Below are positions 11,295 to 23,050 of a stretch of DNA of 54,532 nt, one piece after another (within the stretch, counting starts at the first letter, position 1; each line of letters begins with the position of its first letter). The notes under the pieces were generated by a model. That model saw only the letters and a list, made by a program, of their open reading frames with translations. It was not told the origin of the DNA and made no database searches. The stretch covers positions 1 through 54,532 of the forward strand of contig JAKMXF010000042.1 in the NCBI GenBank assembly GCA_024704765.1. The letters are read 5' to 3'. The translations under genes were made by a program, and so were the position numbers. The DNA comes from Oopsacas minuta. Taxonomy: Eukaryota > Animalia > Porifera.

Positions 11295-13379
11295 ATGGCT
11301 ACAGCCCTAATTACTAATTTTCAAGAATGTTATATTGAAAAGGAAATAACCACAAAGCCAATGCTGGAGACAGCGAAGGAGAATTTTATCCCGCTACCTT
11401 TCTGTGAGTCACTCACAGCCATACATTCAAATATCAATAGGAAAGAATTGTCAGACATTCCAAACTGTCATAGCTTCATTCTGAATAACTTGCTAACTCA
11501 GAAAGAATGTGAATTTTTCATCCGAGAATGTGAAAAGGTTGGTTTTGGTAGTTTATCAAACAAATTCCCAACCTATTACAGAGTTAATGACAGAATCCTG
11601 ACTCTATCACATGAGATGGCAGATGCTATTTTCGCTAGAATCGAACCTCTCTTGACACGTCACGATGTAATACGTATCAGACCAATCGGATTTGGTAACG
11701 AGGGTACTTGGAGACCAATAAGATTGAATGAGTGTATTAAAATAATGAAATATACAAGTGGAGGACACTTCACACCTCATTTTGATGGACCATGGGTACC
11801 TCGTGAGGATGAATCATCAGTATACACAGTACTGATATACCTGAATACTGATTACACAGGTGGGGAAACCAAATTTATAGATGAGAAGGATAGGAAGCAT
11901 GTCTATCACAAGGTTAAACCGTGTGTTGGTATGGGTCTGATATTCAATCATGATACATTCCATGAGGGTACACCTGTATTGAAAGGTGTGAAATATCTTC
12001 TAAGAACTGAAATGATGTTTCGTCGAGTGGATACACAAATGATACCCAATCCGTTAAAGTACTCAGAATCTGAGTCCTACAACACAGCCCTGACTCTGTA
12101 TCGTAAGTCGAACCTGTTGGAGAAGGTTGGTGATCAGGAAGGATTCACAGACACATATTTACGAGCTATTAGATTGCAGATGGCAGCACAACGTAGTGTT
12201 AGTGATGAATACTACGGAGAATTGAAAAGATTAACACTCCCATACGAATTGTATATCAAAATATTCAGCTACTTGAGTGCTGAGGATGTTGTAATTTGTA
12301 TGGAAGTTTGTAAGGTTTGGTATGATCTTGCGATGGATGGAGGATTGTGGTTTGAATTGTATAAGAGAAGATGGTCACATGGTCATAAGGTGGATATCTA
12401 TCTTAGTGAAACTCTGATTAATCCACTCGTAATTGATTGGTATGGAAACTTCAAAGCTAGAATGACAATGCGATCTGCTGATAGATGTGCTGTTATCGAT
12501 ATGGGTAGTTATAACATTAGATGTGCTAATGTCCTCAATAAGAGTGGAGTGGTTCACACCAGTGAAATGCGCTCTGTAGTAGCTCGTGTATCTGGTATTT
12601 ATGATTTCCACATGAGGATGGTTAATCATGAGCGTTGGTTTTGTGGGGAATACGCATTGGCTAGCAATCCAAATGATTGTACACAAGTAGTTAAACGTGG
12701 TTTGATTGATGACATCACTCTGTTACCAGAAATATTATATGGATTATATATTGACTGTAAAATATATCCACGCACAACTTCAGTGCTTTGTCTTGTTAAT
12801 CCTCTATATTGTGCTTCCGTAGAATTGAAGATAAGTAATTTATTGCATGTTACTTATAAACACCCATGTATCCGTTGTACAGCACAAAGTGTAGCTGTAT
12901 GTGTTGGTAATAGAACTGCTAACGGTATTGTTGTTAACTACGGTTATGAGTCTGGTTGGATATCTTTAGTTAGTAATTGTAATTGTATTGCTTGTAAAGA
13001 GTTAGAGTTGAGTGTAGAGACAGAACATGTGTTTGCATTAATACAACAAATCGTTGAGACTGCTGCACTTACCAATGTTAATCTTTGTCTCTATTTCATT
13101 GGTGGTAACCTGAAAGATGATCTGATTCATAAATTGAAACAATCTTATAACGAAAGTAAAGATTGCATGAAATATATTCATAAAGTTGTCTATAATTCTA
13201 ATCCTAATGCAACTCTTTTAGCTGGAGTAGAGTATGCAAACTCTCTAAAGTGTAACAATCTGGGCATCTTTGATAAAAATATGTCCCAGTCTATAGATTT
13301 TCCCAGCGCTGCAAATTTTGACTTTCTTGTAGTGTATCAATATTTGCAAAAACTCTTAATCAATTTTGAACGTTTATGA
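11295..13379 (+). CDS. 2OG-Fe(II) prolyl-4-hydroxylase-like domain + F-box + divergent actin-fold fusion protein (694 aa from the ATG)
   Basis: Intact single-exon ORF. HFD...IYLN...GGET...HEG...KYLLRTE gives the HxD..H triad plus a basic 2OG-binding residue; F-box LPYELYIKIFSYLSAEDVVICMEVCKVWYDLAMDGGLW; actin-like AVIDMGSYNIR, FCGEYA, VKRGLID, NGIVVNYG, FIGGN. Confidence 0.85.
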   Translation: MATALITNFQECYIEKEITTKPMLETAKENFIPLPFCESLTAIHSNINRKELSDIPNCHSFILNNLLTQKECEFFIRECEKVGFGSLSNKFPTYYRVNDRILTLSHEMADAIFARIEPLLTRHDVIRIRPIGFGNEGTWRPIRLNECIKIMKYTSGGHFTPHFDGPWVPREDESSVYTVLIYLNTDYTGGETKFIDEKDRKHVYHKVKPCVGMGLIFNHDTFHEGTPVLKGVKYLLRTEMMFRRVDTQMIPNPLKYSESESYNTALTLYRKSNLLEKVGDQEGFTDTYLRAIRLQMAAQRSVSDEYYGELKRLTLPYELYIKIFSYLSAEDVVICMEVCKVWYDLAMDGGLWFELYKRRWSHGHKVDIYLSETLINPLVIDWYGNFKARMTMRSADRCAVIDMGSYNIRCANVLNKSGVVHTSEMRSVVARVSGIYDFHMRMVNHERWFCGEYALASNPNDCTQVVKRGLIDDITLLPEILYGLYIDCKIYPRTTSVLCLVNPLYCASVELKISNLLHVTYKHPCIRCTAQSVAVCVGNRTANGIVVNYGYESGWISLVSNCNCIACKELELSVETEHVFALIQQIVETAALTNVNLCLYFIGGNLKDDLIHKLKQSYNESKDCMKYIHKVVYNSNPNATLLAGVEYANSLKCNNLGIFDKNMSQSIDFPSAANFDFLVVYQYLQKLLINFERL

Positions 13380-13957
13380 CTTCTTCTCTAACGAACTTTG
13401 TATTCCAGCTTACCTTTGTAGATATAGCTAGATTATTTGTATTGATCCTTTGTTTTGAATTGATATTAGTTCATTCATTCCTTTACATTGGGTCCTCTCT
13501 AATAGTACACTTCTCTATCTCTATAAATCCTCCTCTTGTCAAAAGTACGAGTCCTATCTCCTATGTATACGATCATTTCGAATTTCTAATTGCTGTGGAC
13601 AATTAGAGAGGACTTTATGTATTATAGTTTTCCTCTCCACTTAAATGCATTTAAATAGAATACAGTATATTCTACTATGCTTCAAAAATTCATTTTCATT
13701 TTGTTACAATTGTATTATAATGTTTTTGTTGTTATTTTTCACAGAAAGGTGGCTAATTCATAGAATTAATTTTGAAAAAGTGGGAAATATTTTTCACACC
13801 TTGTGACTCTAGAATACTGTTAATTGTAGAAATTTGATATCTCTCTGTATAGGTATTTGTATTGATTTGTATTTATAATTAGAGCTCATTACTTACGTCA
13901 AATAGGAAAGTTATATTATTTGAATTGTTTCATTATTCTAGTTACAGAACTGAACTA

Positions 13958-14797
13958 ATGGCTACAGCTAATTCTTTAGAGAGCATATTCTCTGTAGACT
14001 ATAAGAGTAAGATACAACCTGTATTCAGTGTTTGTATAAGGGGAGAAAATCTCTGCGGACCTAAAGGAGTGACTATTGATAATACTACAGGAGATATCTG
14101 TATTGCAGATTGTTGGAATAATTGTGTGAAAGTATTCGATTGTAATGGTCAGATTATGTTTAAATTTGGAGATGAGGATGGAGAAGGAAAGATGTATCGT
14201 CCAGATGGGTTAGCTATATGTAGAGATAGACTTCTTATTTCACAAAGAAACAAGAGTATTTTGAATTATCAAGTGAATGGAGAGTTAGTTTCTATAATAG
14301 GGAAACCTGGGAAAGGAGATTTGGAATTTGATTATCCTCGTGGTCTGACATTTGATGAATCTAACGGTGAGTTATACATATGTGATTCTAATAATCATCG
14401 TATTCAGATACTGTCCAAGGAACTTAGCTACAAGACACAGTTTGGACAAGATAACCTCAAATCTCCTCTTGATGTATAACTTACAAAAGAATTTATTTAT
14501 ATTCTAGATCAATCTAATTTTTGTTTTCATCTGTACGACTACAATCTTATCCTACATAAGAGTGTTATTTCTAGAGGATATAAATTACAGGTGTTTGTTC
14601 CATATTTCTTCTATATTGACAATTCTAACAATATTGTTTTCACAGATTTCTCTTTTAACTCTATTTCTATTTTCAACTCTCAATTTGATTTGATACACAA
14701 GATTTTGCTAACTAATCCTCTCGGTATTACAGTAGATAACAGAGGAAGAGTTATTGTAGTTTGTAATGAAGGTGAACATCATCTTAATATTTTTTGA
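13958..14797 (+). pseudogene. NHL-repeat gene with one premature in-frame stop
   Basis: MATANS...; TAA at 14477-14479 in DV*L where the paralogue at 17491 reads DVKL; frame continues to HLNIF*. Confidence 0.85.
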
Positions 14798-14989
14798 TAA
14801 TTTTTCTAATTTACTAATATTCATATCTTTGTTTACTTTTCCTTTTGAATAACTATTTTGTTACTTCTGAATCAACTATACTCACCCATATTATATATTA
14901 TATATTATTCCTTGTTGTTATTTCACATCTTAAAGAGGTTGCCTTTATGCTATAACTACGCCATAAGCCCGCACTCTCCTTCTATTCTA

Positions 14990-16300
14990 CAGGGTGACAA
15001 ATAAGTTCTGTCCCATATGTTTGATGAAGTGTAGTTTCTTATTAAAGAACCAGATTGAATGGTTATAGTGTAAGATAAGTAACAATGTATATATTTAAAG
15101 TATTCAAAGGTAATTCGTACACTCTGAACAAGCTAAAGATTCTAGGCAAAATGGAGAAGAATAGGGTGGCTATTGTTAATTTATATTTGCAAGGGAAAAG
15201 CCAAAGCGAAATATTGAAGATTCTCAATTTCCCCAAGTCACGCAGGAAATTGAAATATCGTACTATTAACAGATATAAGGACACTGGTAGTACCTCAGAC
15301 AGGCAGATAAGTGGACGTCCAACATCTGCGACCACTACCCAGAAGAGAAAGGTTATCGGTAGTCGGATTCAGCGAAATCTGCAACGTTCGATTCGAAAAA
15401 TGGCGCTAAAACTCAAAATACCAAGAGAATCGGTCCGAACAATTGTGAAGAGCGATATGGGCCTATTTCCTTACAAAAAGAAGAAGGTTCACTTTATTCC
15501 GGCACAGATTAAAGAAAAGAGACTAGCCAGGAGCAAGGCCTTACTCGCCCGGTTCGCAAGTTTTGGCCTTGATGAAATTTATTCTCGGATGAGAAATTAT
15601 TCACGGTTGAGCAGGCGTACAATCGTCAAAACGATCGAGTATTGTCCTCTTCTCCATCTTCCATACCACAAGAGTATCGATGCGTCCAAAGAGTTCAGCA
15701 TCCTCACTCAGTGATGGTTTGGGAGGGGGTGTCCGCAAAAGGCCGTACCCCACTGGTTTTCATCCCACCGAGTGTAAAAATAAACGCTGTTAAGTATCAG
15801 GACCTCGTTTTAGACCCAATAGTGAGAGGCCTTAGTAAGACCATGTTCAATAATTGTCCATTTTTATTCCCAGCAAGACGGTGCGCCAGCCCACACAGCG
15901 AAAGTCAACCAACCGTGCTTACGAAACAATATCCCAGACTTCATCTCCAAGGAGGAATGGCCTCCTTCCAGCCCAGATCTCAACCCGATGGACTTCTCGT
16001 TGTGGTCGATATTGGAGACAAATGCGTGCTCTACTTCCCACAAGAGTATCAAGTCTCTAAAAACGTATTTATCCCAAGAATGGGCAAAAATCTCGCAGGA
16101 AAAGTTGCGTGCCGCTGTCGAGTCCGTCCCCAAGCGGCTAAGAGCTGTCATCAAAAAAGAAAGGGGGCTATATCGAGCAATTGAATATTTATGAATCTAT
16201 ATTTAGTTTGCTAAGTTATAGCATAATTTCAAGTCATTATCTTAGTTCATGGTTTAGTTATAATAAATTTTCAATGTGACAGAACTTATTTGTCACCCTG
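14990..16300 (+). mobile_element. Tc1/mariner maT-type (DD37D) transposon, full length (1311 bp), transposase frameshifted
   Basis: TIR cagggtgacaaataagttctgtc at both ends, TA TSD; transposase starts at 15151 (MEKNRVAIV); FSDEK, QQDGAPAH, WPPSSPDLNPMD with 37 residues between the second and third D; two frameshifts. Confidence 0.92.
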
Positions 16301-17275
16301 TAAGTATTCGAGAAGAATTGAATTTTGGAAACAAATCATAGAAAACTCAACTCGCAACAACTTTAATCACAAAATGGATGGACAAAAAGGAAACAGTGAG
16401 GAAATTACTTGGATGACGCTGAACAAGCTGGATTAGATAAACTAAGAAGAGTACTTGATTGTAATAAAGGAGAGAAAAGAGAATTTGTCCTGAAGAAGGC
16501 AATTAAGGAGATAAAGCTACTATCCCAACAGAATAATTAATGAAATAAAGAAAGAACTGAAGCACCGAGCATATTTTGAGATTTACAATGTCTTATACTG
16601 AAATAGAAATTTGGTACTATTTTTAGTATACTTGTACTGTTCTGAGATTTTCTAAAATACTAACTTGGCAGCACTGTCTCTATCTCAATAAGGATCTTGA
16701 TTGTATTGAATTTATAGAAATTACATTTGTTCATTATTGTAGCCTGGGGATGAAAGGTTCACGAACTAACTGGAACAGTGCAATTTCTTTAATCTTAGCC
16801 TGAGGTCTGTTTAGTTCGTTTACATTCACATCTTAACCTCAACTCCAATAATTTGTCTCGTTCAGTGAGTTGAAGGGTTGTATCGATCGTTTATTCATTT
16901 CCCTATTACTGCACACATCTGTAATATTCTTGGTCATAAATTTTAAACTTATCATAACAGAATATGTACAATAGAATAAAGTAGTATCACATTACTATAC
17001 CGTCTATACTTATATCAGTAATGTATAACTCTATGTTATTCTGATTTATATATTCCTATTATTATTATTCTATTTTATTCTACAAAGATATTTCTAAATA
17101 TTTATTGTCTTAATTCAAGATAAAGGTGAGTAGTTTCATTAGTTAATTGTTGTTGTTCAATTTTACAGGTTCTTGTAGCCACACTAATCCCCTGGAATAC
17201 GCTGTCACACCATAATCTAAGCCATTGGTTCCGTACATCTTTCACCTGTGTTCCCCTATGCCACTTTTAATTCAT

Positions 17276-17331
17276 GAGCCTTTGGCTCGGCGCTTCGCGA
17301 TGAACTCGGCATATTGCGCCTCGAGGTATCC
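17276..17331 (+). repeat. Helentron-like repeat fragment (hairpin end)
   Basis: gagcctttggctcggcgcttcgcgatgaactcggcatattgcgcctcgaggtatcc matches the 11023, 23699, 31154 and 35779 copies. Confidence 0.6.
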
Positions 17332-17490
17332 ATTATTCTCCAAATTGGAGGCCCCTTTGACTATTATAATATAGATATATTTAGAACAATATATTCATAA
17401 ATTTACGTATATGGCATTTATGTTCTTGAAGTACATGTATGTCTACTGACTATTCATATTAATTCATACACCTAGAAATATTTAGCGATA

Positions 17491-18361
17491 ATGGCCACAT
17501 CTAATCCTATTGAATTAGAACCTGTTGAAGATAATTTAGAGAGAGTGGGAACTGAAATTGATTACAAAAGCAAGATACAACCTCTAGTGAGTATTTGTAA
17601 GAGAGAAAATGGAAATGATGAACTTGTGTGGCCACATTGTGTTACAGTAGATGACAAAACTGGAGATATTTATGTAGCGGATTGTTTTAATAACTGTGTT
17701 AAAGTATTTGACAGTGCTGCTAAGTATATATATATTCAAATTTGGTGACAGTATAGGTGAAGAAAATATGTGCCATCCACGAAGTTTAGTTGTTTATAGG
17801 AGTAGGATTCTAATTACTCATGAACACGGTATATTGAGTTATAACCTTGATGGTGAATATATTTCTAGAATTGGTAAATATGGAAAAGGAGAGTTAGAAT
17901 TCAACTATCCTAGCTGTATAGCAATCAATGAATTTAATGATGATATTTACATTTGTGATTATTATAACAATCGAGTTCAAATACTCTCAAAAGATTTCCA
18001 ATTCAAATCACAATTTGGTTCATTCACATTACCTATTGATGTTAAACTCTCTAAAGATTATATTTATGTGTTAGATGACTCTAATCCTTGCGTCCATCTA
18101 TTCAATCATAACCACATACTACAGAAGAGTGTAATTTCACGAGGAGAAGGAAATCAAGTCATATATCCCGACTCATTCTTTCTTGACAATTCTAACAACA
18201 TTCTAATTCCTGATTATTTTTCTATTTCTATCTTCAACCCAGAATTCCAATCAATTCATAATATTCCAGTCTCTAAGCATCCAACTTCAGTAACAGTAGG
18301 CAATCATGATAGTGTTATAGTAGTGTGTTATGATGCTGTGAACTGTCTACAGATATTTTGA
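17491..18361 (+). pseudogene. NHL-repeat gene with a frameshift in a (TA)n run
   Basis: MATSNP...DYKSKIQP; frame switches at aagtatatatatattc (~17722-17737); downstream frame has FNYPSCIAINEFNDDIYICDYYNNRVQIL and ends CLQIF*. Confidence 0.85.
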
Positions 18362-18384
18362 TTTACAACTCTATCTATGTGTGT

Positions 18385-19405
18385 ATTTCTGTATTTCCTT
18401 TATGTACGACTGAAGTACTTCATTCTTTAATGGGGACTTCCTAAATATACGAACGATATTTCGAAACTTAACGATAACAGTTTCTATATATATTTTCAAA
18501 GGCGGGATAAACATGTCTTCATGAATTTCACCCTCAGTATCTTCTGCACCACAAAGGCCATCATTATATGAGTCAGAGATAGTCGACTGAATTTGAGATG
18601 TGCCAATTGGCTCTTCGTCCGTTCCTTCATCATAAATAGGAATCCTATTCTTGGAGTATAATACTGCAACTACTGCTAAATGTACCCTGTGAGCCAAACA
18701 AAGTTACTGATGAATACCACTTAGTCTTCCCATCTTCACCATGACAGGGGCTCCATCACAGGTGATGCTAACAATATGCTTCTTCAACTCAATATTGAAT
18801 TCAATCAATATCCTTTCCAAAAGCTCAAGAAACTTCTCAGCTGGCATCTTTCCATAAATACGCTTCATTCCAAGGTTCCAAAAGTTATCGATGCTATGTA
18901 TATTGACATTCATATACCGTTTATTTTGGATAGAAGTATATTCGTTCAAGGATACGCTCATCCTTTTTCCGTTAGCAAGTAAAACTGTAACTGAGAAGTG
19001 ATCACTCCCTTAACATGATTTGCATACCTCAAAACCATTCTTGAAACTGTAGAATGTTCTGGAATTGGGGTGAAACCCTTTTCTTGTAACGAAGAACGGA
19101 TAAATTAAACTTTGGCTGATTCTCAGATAACTGAAACAATCCTCAGCAGCTAATCTAGCAATTACCTCATCCAAACTTTGTTTTTTGAAAAATAATGGTA
19201 ACAAACTTTGAGTACTATGTTTCTTCGAAGGGGGTTCGTTGTCAGAAATGTGATTCAGGCCCAATTGGATATTATGTATCAAAAGATGATTTCTTAACCC
19301 AGTATTTGTATTGCCTTTACAACTTACATTCTTCTTACAAATAAGGCATTTGGCTTCTTCCCCATATTTCTCGAAATGTTTCCACACCTCAGACCTTTTA
19401 GCCAT
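18385..19405 (-). mobile_element. 5' part of a BED-finger hAT transposase, degenerate and 3'-truncated
   Basis: zf-BED SEVWKHF...AKCLICKK...LRNHLLIH; then LNEYTS (DEWTS-like), TCDGAPVMVK and AHRVHLAV motifs in successive frames. Confidence 0.8.
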
Positions 19406-19521
19406 AATACCGTACAGTATTGTAAGTATAGAAGTAACGAATATTCAAAATTATGCTGTAACAAATACGTTTACAGATAACACTGTCCAACAAATTTTTA
19501 AACATTTTTTGCTTCTGGAAT

Positions 19522-21676
19522 CAGGGTGACCAGATCTCCCATGCCAAAAAGAAGGACAGTTTTCAAAGTCAAACCATTTGTGTTCGATTATAATATTTTA
19601 TTGTATGTTTGTCAAGAGATACAAATTAACTAGCACTGGAATACATAACTTAGGTAATATAATCCAAATTTCGTGATACGTGTTTGTGGGACTAAAAAAG
19701 TATATTTAATTTGTGTATTTGGCATTGGAACAGATTTTCTTCAATGCAACTTTGTTATTGGTTAATTTTTGATGAATTTCCCTGCAACTCATTTCAAAAT
19801 TCACTATTACTTTAAGTAGTGCACCAACAGTGGAAATGTCTAGTTTGTTCCTGTCGTCTCTCCATTGTACCTTTGATAAACTGAACACTCTTTCACACAC
19901 CGCGTTAGATGCAAGGATTGCAAAAATAGAAGATAATAATTTTCTTATGCAGGGAAAATTTTCTTGTGTAATGATACCCCAACGCTGGTCCAGGCTTAAA
20001 TCCGAGGTCATTGACAAACTTGGAAAGTTTCGTTGAAGACAGCAACCTTCCTCAAACAAGTCATCAATCTGAGCAATTTCTGGGCATAATAATTCAGCAC
20101 ATCCCTTCAATATTTTATAGTCGATTAATTCAACATCTTTCAATAATAACCAATCTAAATTTTGTGGTAAACTATCCAAATGTAGCCATTTATCAAGGTA
20201 GTCGAATGAAATCTGATAGAATGTCATACATTCGGACTTGAATTTGTGTATTTGAATAACGTTGTCAATATTAGCAAGTTCCATATCAGTAATAGCTCCT
20301 AAAAATCCACGATTATACCGATCCAACAAAGATTGCTGTAATTTTCTTAATTCACGAATCATCTCGGGCAATGAGAGATTGTTTCTCTGGAGAATTAAAC
20401 TTGTGGTATTGAACAATTTAAGGGCACTATGCATGAAGAGGAAGTAGCACTGACTAAGATTAGATTCAAAAATGTTTCCAACATTCTAGGACATATCTCG
20501 TTCGAGAGAAAATAAGATTTCAACGCTTCCCACAGTTTTAGAATCCGTTCTATCAAGGGGAATAAAGTCAACCACCAGTTTTGCCATGATTGGGAAACTT
20601 TAAGTAGTGTAGTTCTAGAAAATCACAAAATTCGATAAGCCTTTGGTGACGCTGAAGTACCCCACTCTTTTCTCCAGAAAAGAAGGAAGAAATCTTTGCA
20701 ACAATCGATTCAATATCAACTGATAGAGCTGATTTATGTACCAAATGTGATGGACAACCAACAGGAATTAATTTGGATTCAATCTGTTTCAACTTGGTAA
20801 AAACATTGTCACCTTCTGCTCTATTAAGTACCACCAAAATTTACTGGAGCATTATCAGCACAAAACGAATCATTTTTTCTTGGTTCAATCCATACTTAGT
20901 AATTACATCTAGAAGCATTTCTGCGACATGTTTTGATTTTTCATCTTGTAAATCAACATAAATCTAGGAACTTATTCAGCACGCCACTACTGTTGAAGTA
21001 TCGAATAATTATAAGAAATGTCTTTAGCTCAGCGTGATTCGATGCATCAGTTGATAAAGAGAAGGCAATACCAGTTTGTAGTTCACTTAATACTTCCTCA
21101 ATGCTCATCGGTGCTAGAACACCAGTAATTATTGCTTCGGTTTTAGTGCGAGTAGAATGGAAATTCTTTGCTATATCAGAATCAGAAAAACATACTGGAA
21201 GCAGGTTAGACGTACAGTCCATTGTTCTAAAAGAATGATGATGTTTTACTGTATGAAATGCAAATGTCCCCTCAGCAGCAGAAATTTTTAAACTAATAGG
21301 AGAATATCTCTCTTTGATGAATAATCCCAAAGATTGTGTTGAAGTTATCATTTGTTGGGACGAAGAGTGCTTGATCGTATCGATGTGTTTCTTGACTGAA
21401 GAAATTCCAGCACTGGCTAAACTAATGTCCACATTGCAGATAGTGGAATAGACGAAATCATTACCTTTATTACTTGATTTTATGAAAGAAAACTCTTGAC
21501 TATATTCAAAGCGGAATGAACATTTCCTCTTCGCCATATTTATAGGTTTAGCTAATATAACAAAGTAACAAGGACAAATAAGGACAATAAGGAAAAAAGA
21601 AGGACAGAATGAAAAGAAGACAATTAGTCTAAAAAGGAGGACTGTCCTTCCAAAAGAAGGACATCTGGTCACCCTG
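19522..21676 (-). mobile_element. hAT (Buster/Charlie-like) transposon with TIRs and disrupted transposase
   Basis: TIR cagggtgaccagat at 19522 and its inverse ending at 21676; gaaggacag subterminal repeats; ORF from 21537 MAKRKC...AAEGTFAFHTVKHHHSF...STDASNH...; C-terminal ASNAVCERVFS; frameshifts; no matching TSD. Confidence 0.85.
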
Positions 21677-21728
21677 ATCATATTTGAACTCAGTTTACAC
21701 GATTACATCAGTATACTAGTTGGAAGTA

Positions 21729-21978
21729 CACTCCCTGGCCAAAAGTATTGGAACACTTAGCCACAATTGACACTTGGCACAAATATGCATTTTGCTTTAG
21801 TTGTTAGGCTGAAGATAGTTTCAAACATTTGTGAACTTAATTCTATCTTTAACTTTATTATTACAATCACCTTTTCTGATATATCCACAGACTATTCAAT
21901 ACATATATTCTCACAGAGTTACATATGCCACATGTGTCATTAGTGGTATGGTGTCCCAATACTTTTGGCCAGGGAGTG
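21729..21978. mobile_element. Tc1-type MITE, 250 bp
   Basis: TIR cactccctggccaaaagtattgg(a/g)acac at both ends; TA TSD. Confidence 0.9.
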
Positions 21979-22120
21979 TATGTTTCTAATCAAGTTTGAC
22001 ATTTGTGTACTTCGTCTGCATAAAAGTAAATAAATATTCAGATTATGTATTTTACAATACCATATTTGGACTCTGTATACTCCAGGATAATCATTGAAAG
22101 AAATATTCTAACCAATTTAT

Positions 22121-22377
22121 ATATCTTACTATAGGAAATTAACGCTCCATGAAATTAACGCTATTGAGAGGAGAACATTTGTATATACACTATTTTATGC
22201 GAATAAATATTAAAAAATTATTAAATTATAATTCCAGTCCACTTGATAGACATGGTATTCTCAAACCAGTCACGCATCGGTAAGCATGTAAATTGGGAGT
22301 TTGCCCATCCATTGTATAAATTGCAGGAAATTAACGCGAATTGGAGCATTCGCGTTAATTTCCTAAAGTAAGGTATA
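22121..22377. mobile_element. Unclassified MITE with gaaattaacgc subterminal repeats
   Basis: atatcttactataggaaattaacgc versus gcgttaatttcctaaagtaaggtata (imperfect TIR); gaaattaacgc is repeated internally. Confidence 0.7.
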
Positions 22378-23050
22378 TTGACATAATTGAGTATTGGGGG
22401 TATGACACAGCCTACGTAACTATAGCCTATTCACGCTCTCAATTTTTCATAACCATGGATTACTTCAAGTCTATTTTATTAATATAATTTTGATACAGAA
22501 ATATTATAGGTGATAAATACTATTCACTTGTTTATATTGAAATACACACAACTGTGGCCACAACACAACCTATGTTGTCTGTATCAATTACCAACTCGCT
22601 ATACATCCTCTGACCCATTTTTCAGTAGTTCAATTATTATTTACCGATATTTCCTTACTCCTTAGCAATATGCCTAATAGGTGTAATGTGCCCAACTGCT
22701 CCTCCAATTATGATGACACTAATTATACTCGGGTGTTTGAAATGGCGAATCATTGGTCAAAATAATTGCAGGATGAATGGCGAAGATTTCTCCATAGAGA
22801 CAATGCATGGGAAATGCTGAAAGTCTTCATTTGTTCGAAATATTTCAATGACGATGACGTGTTACTTCACTTCGATATTCCTATGGTACAGTAGAGAAAG
22901 TTTCAAGAAACCCTGGTCCTTATGAAAAATGCCAAGCCCGTCAATCTACCTAACTGCTCTTCTTATTAACCTGATCATTTTTATTTTGGTGGCTACGGTC
23001 CTTTAGTGGATGTATATTTCCCAAGAACACAAGAATAGGGATAAGAGCAG

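Noticed and set aside
4048-13379. Fungal-style KDZ transposon carrying a TET/JBP oxygenase
   Set aside because: The oxygenase is P4H-like rather than TET/JBP, lies about 6.5 kb away, and unrelated genes and TEs intervene
14477-14479. TAA recoding or a non-standard genetic code (single in-frame TAAs here and at 5278)
   Set aside because: The paralogue has AAA (Lys) at this position, the long intact ORFs contain no internal TAA, and TAA terminates genes; simple nonsense mutations explain it
15085-15150. Upstream extension of the maT transposase ORF
   Set aside because: Homology starts at MEKNRVAIV (15151); the extension lies in the element's 5' untranslated region
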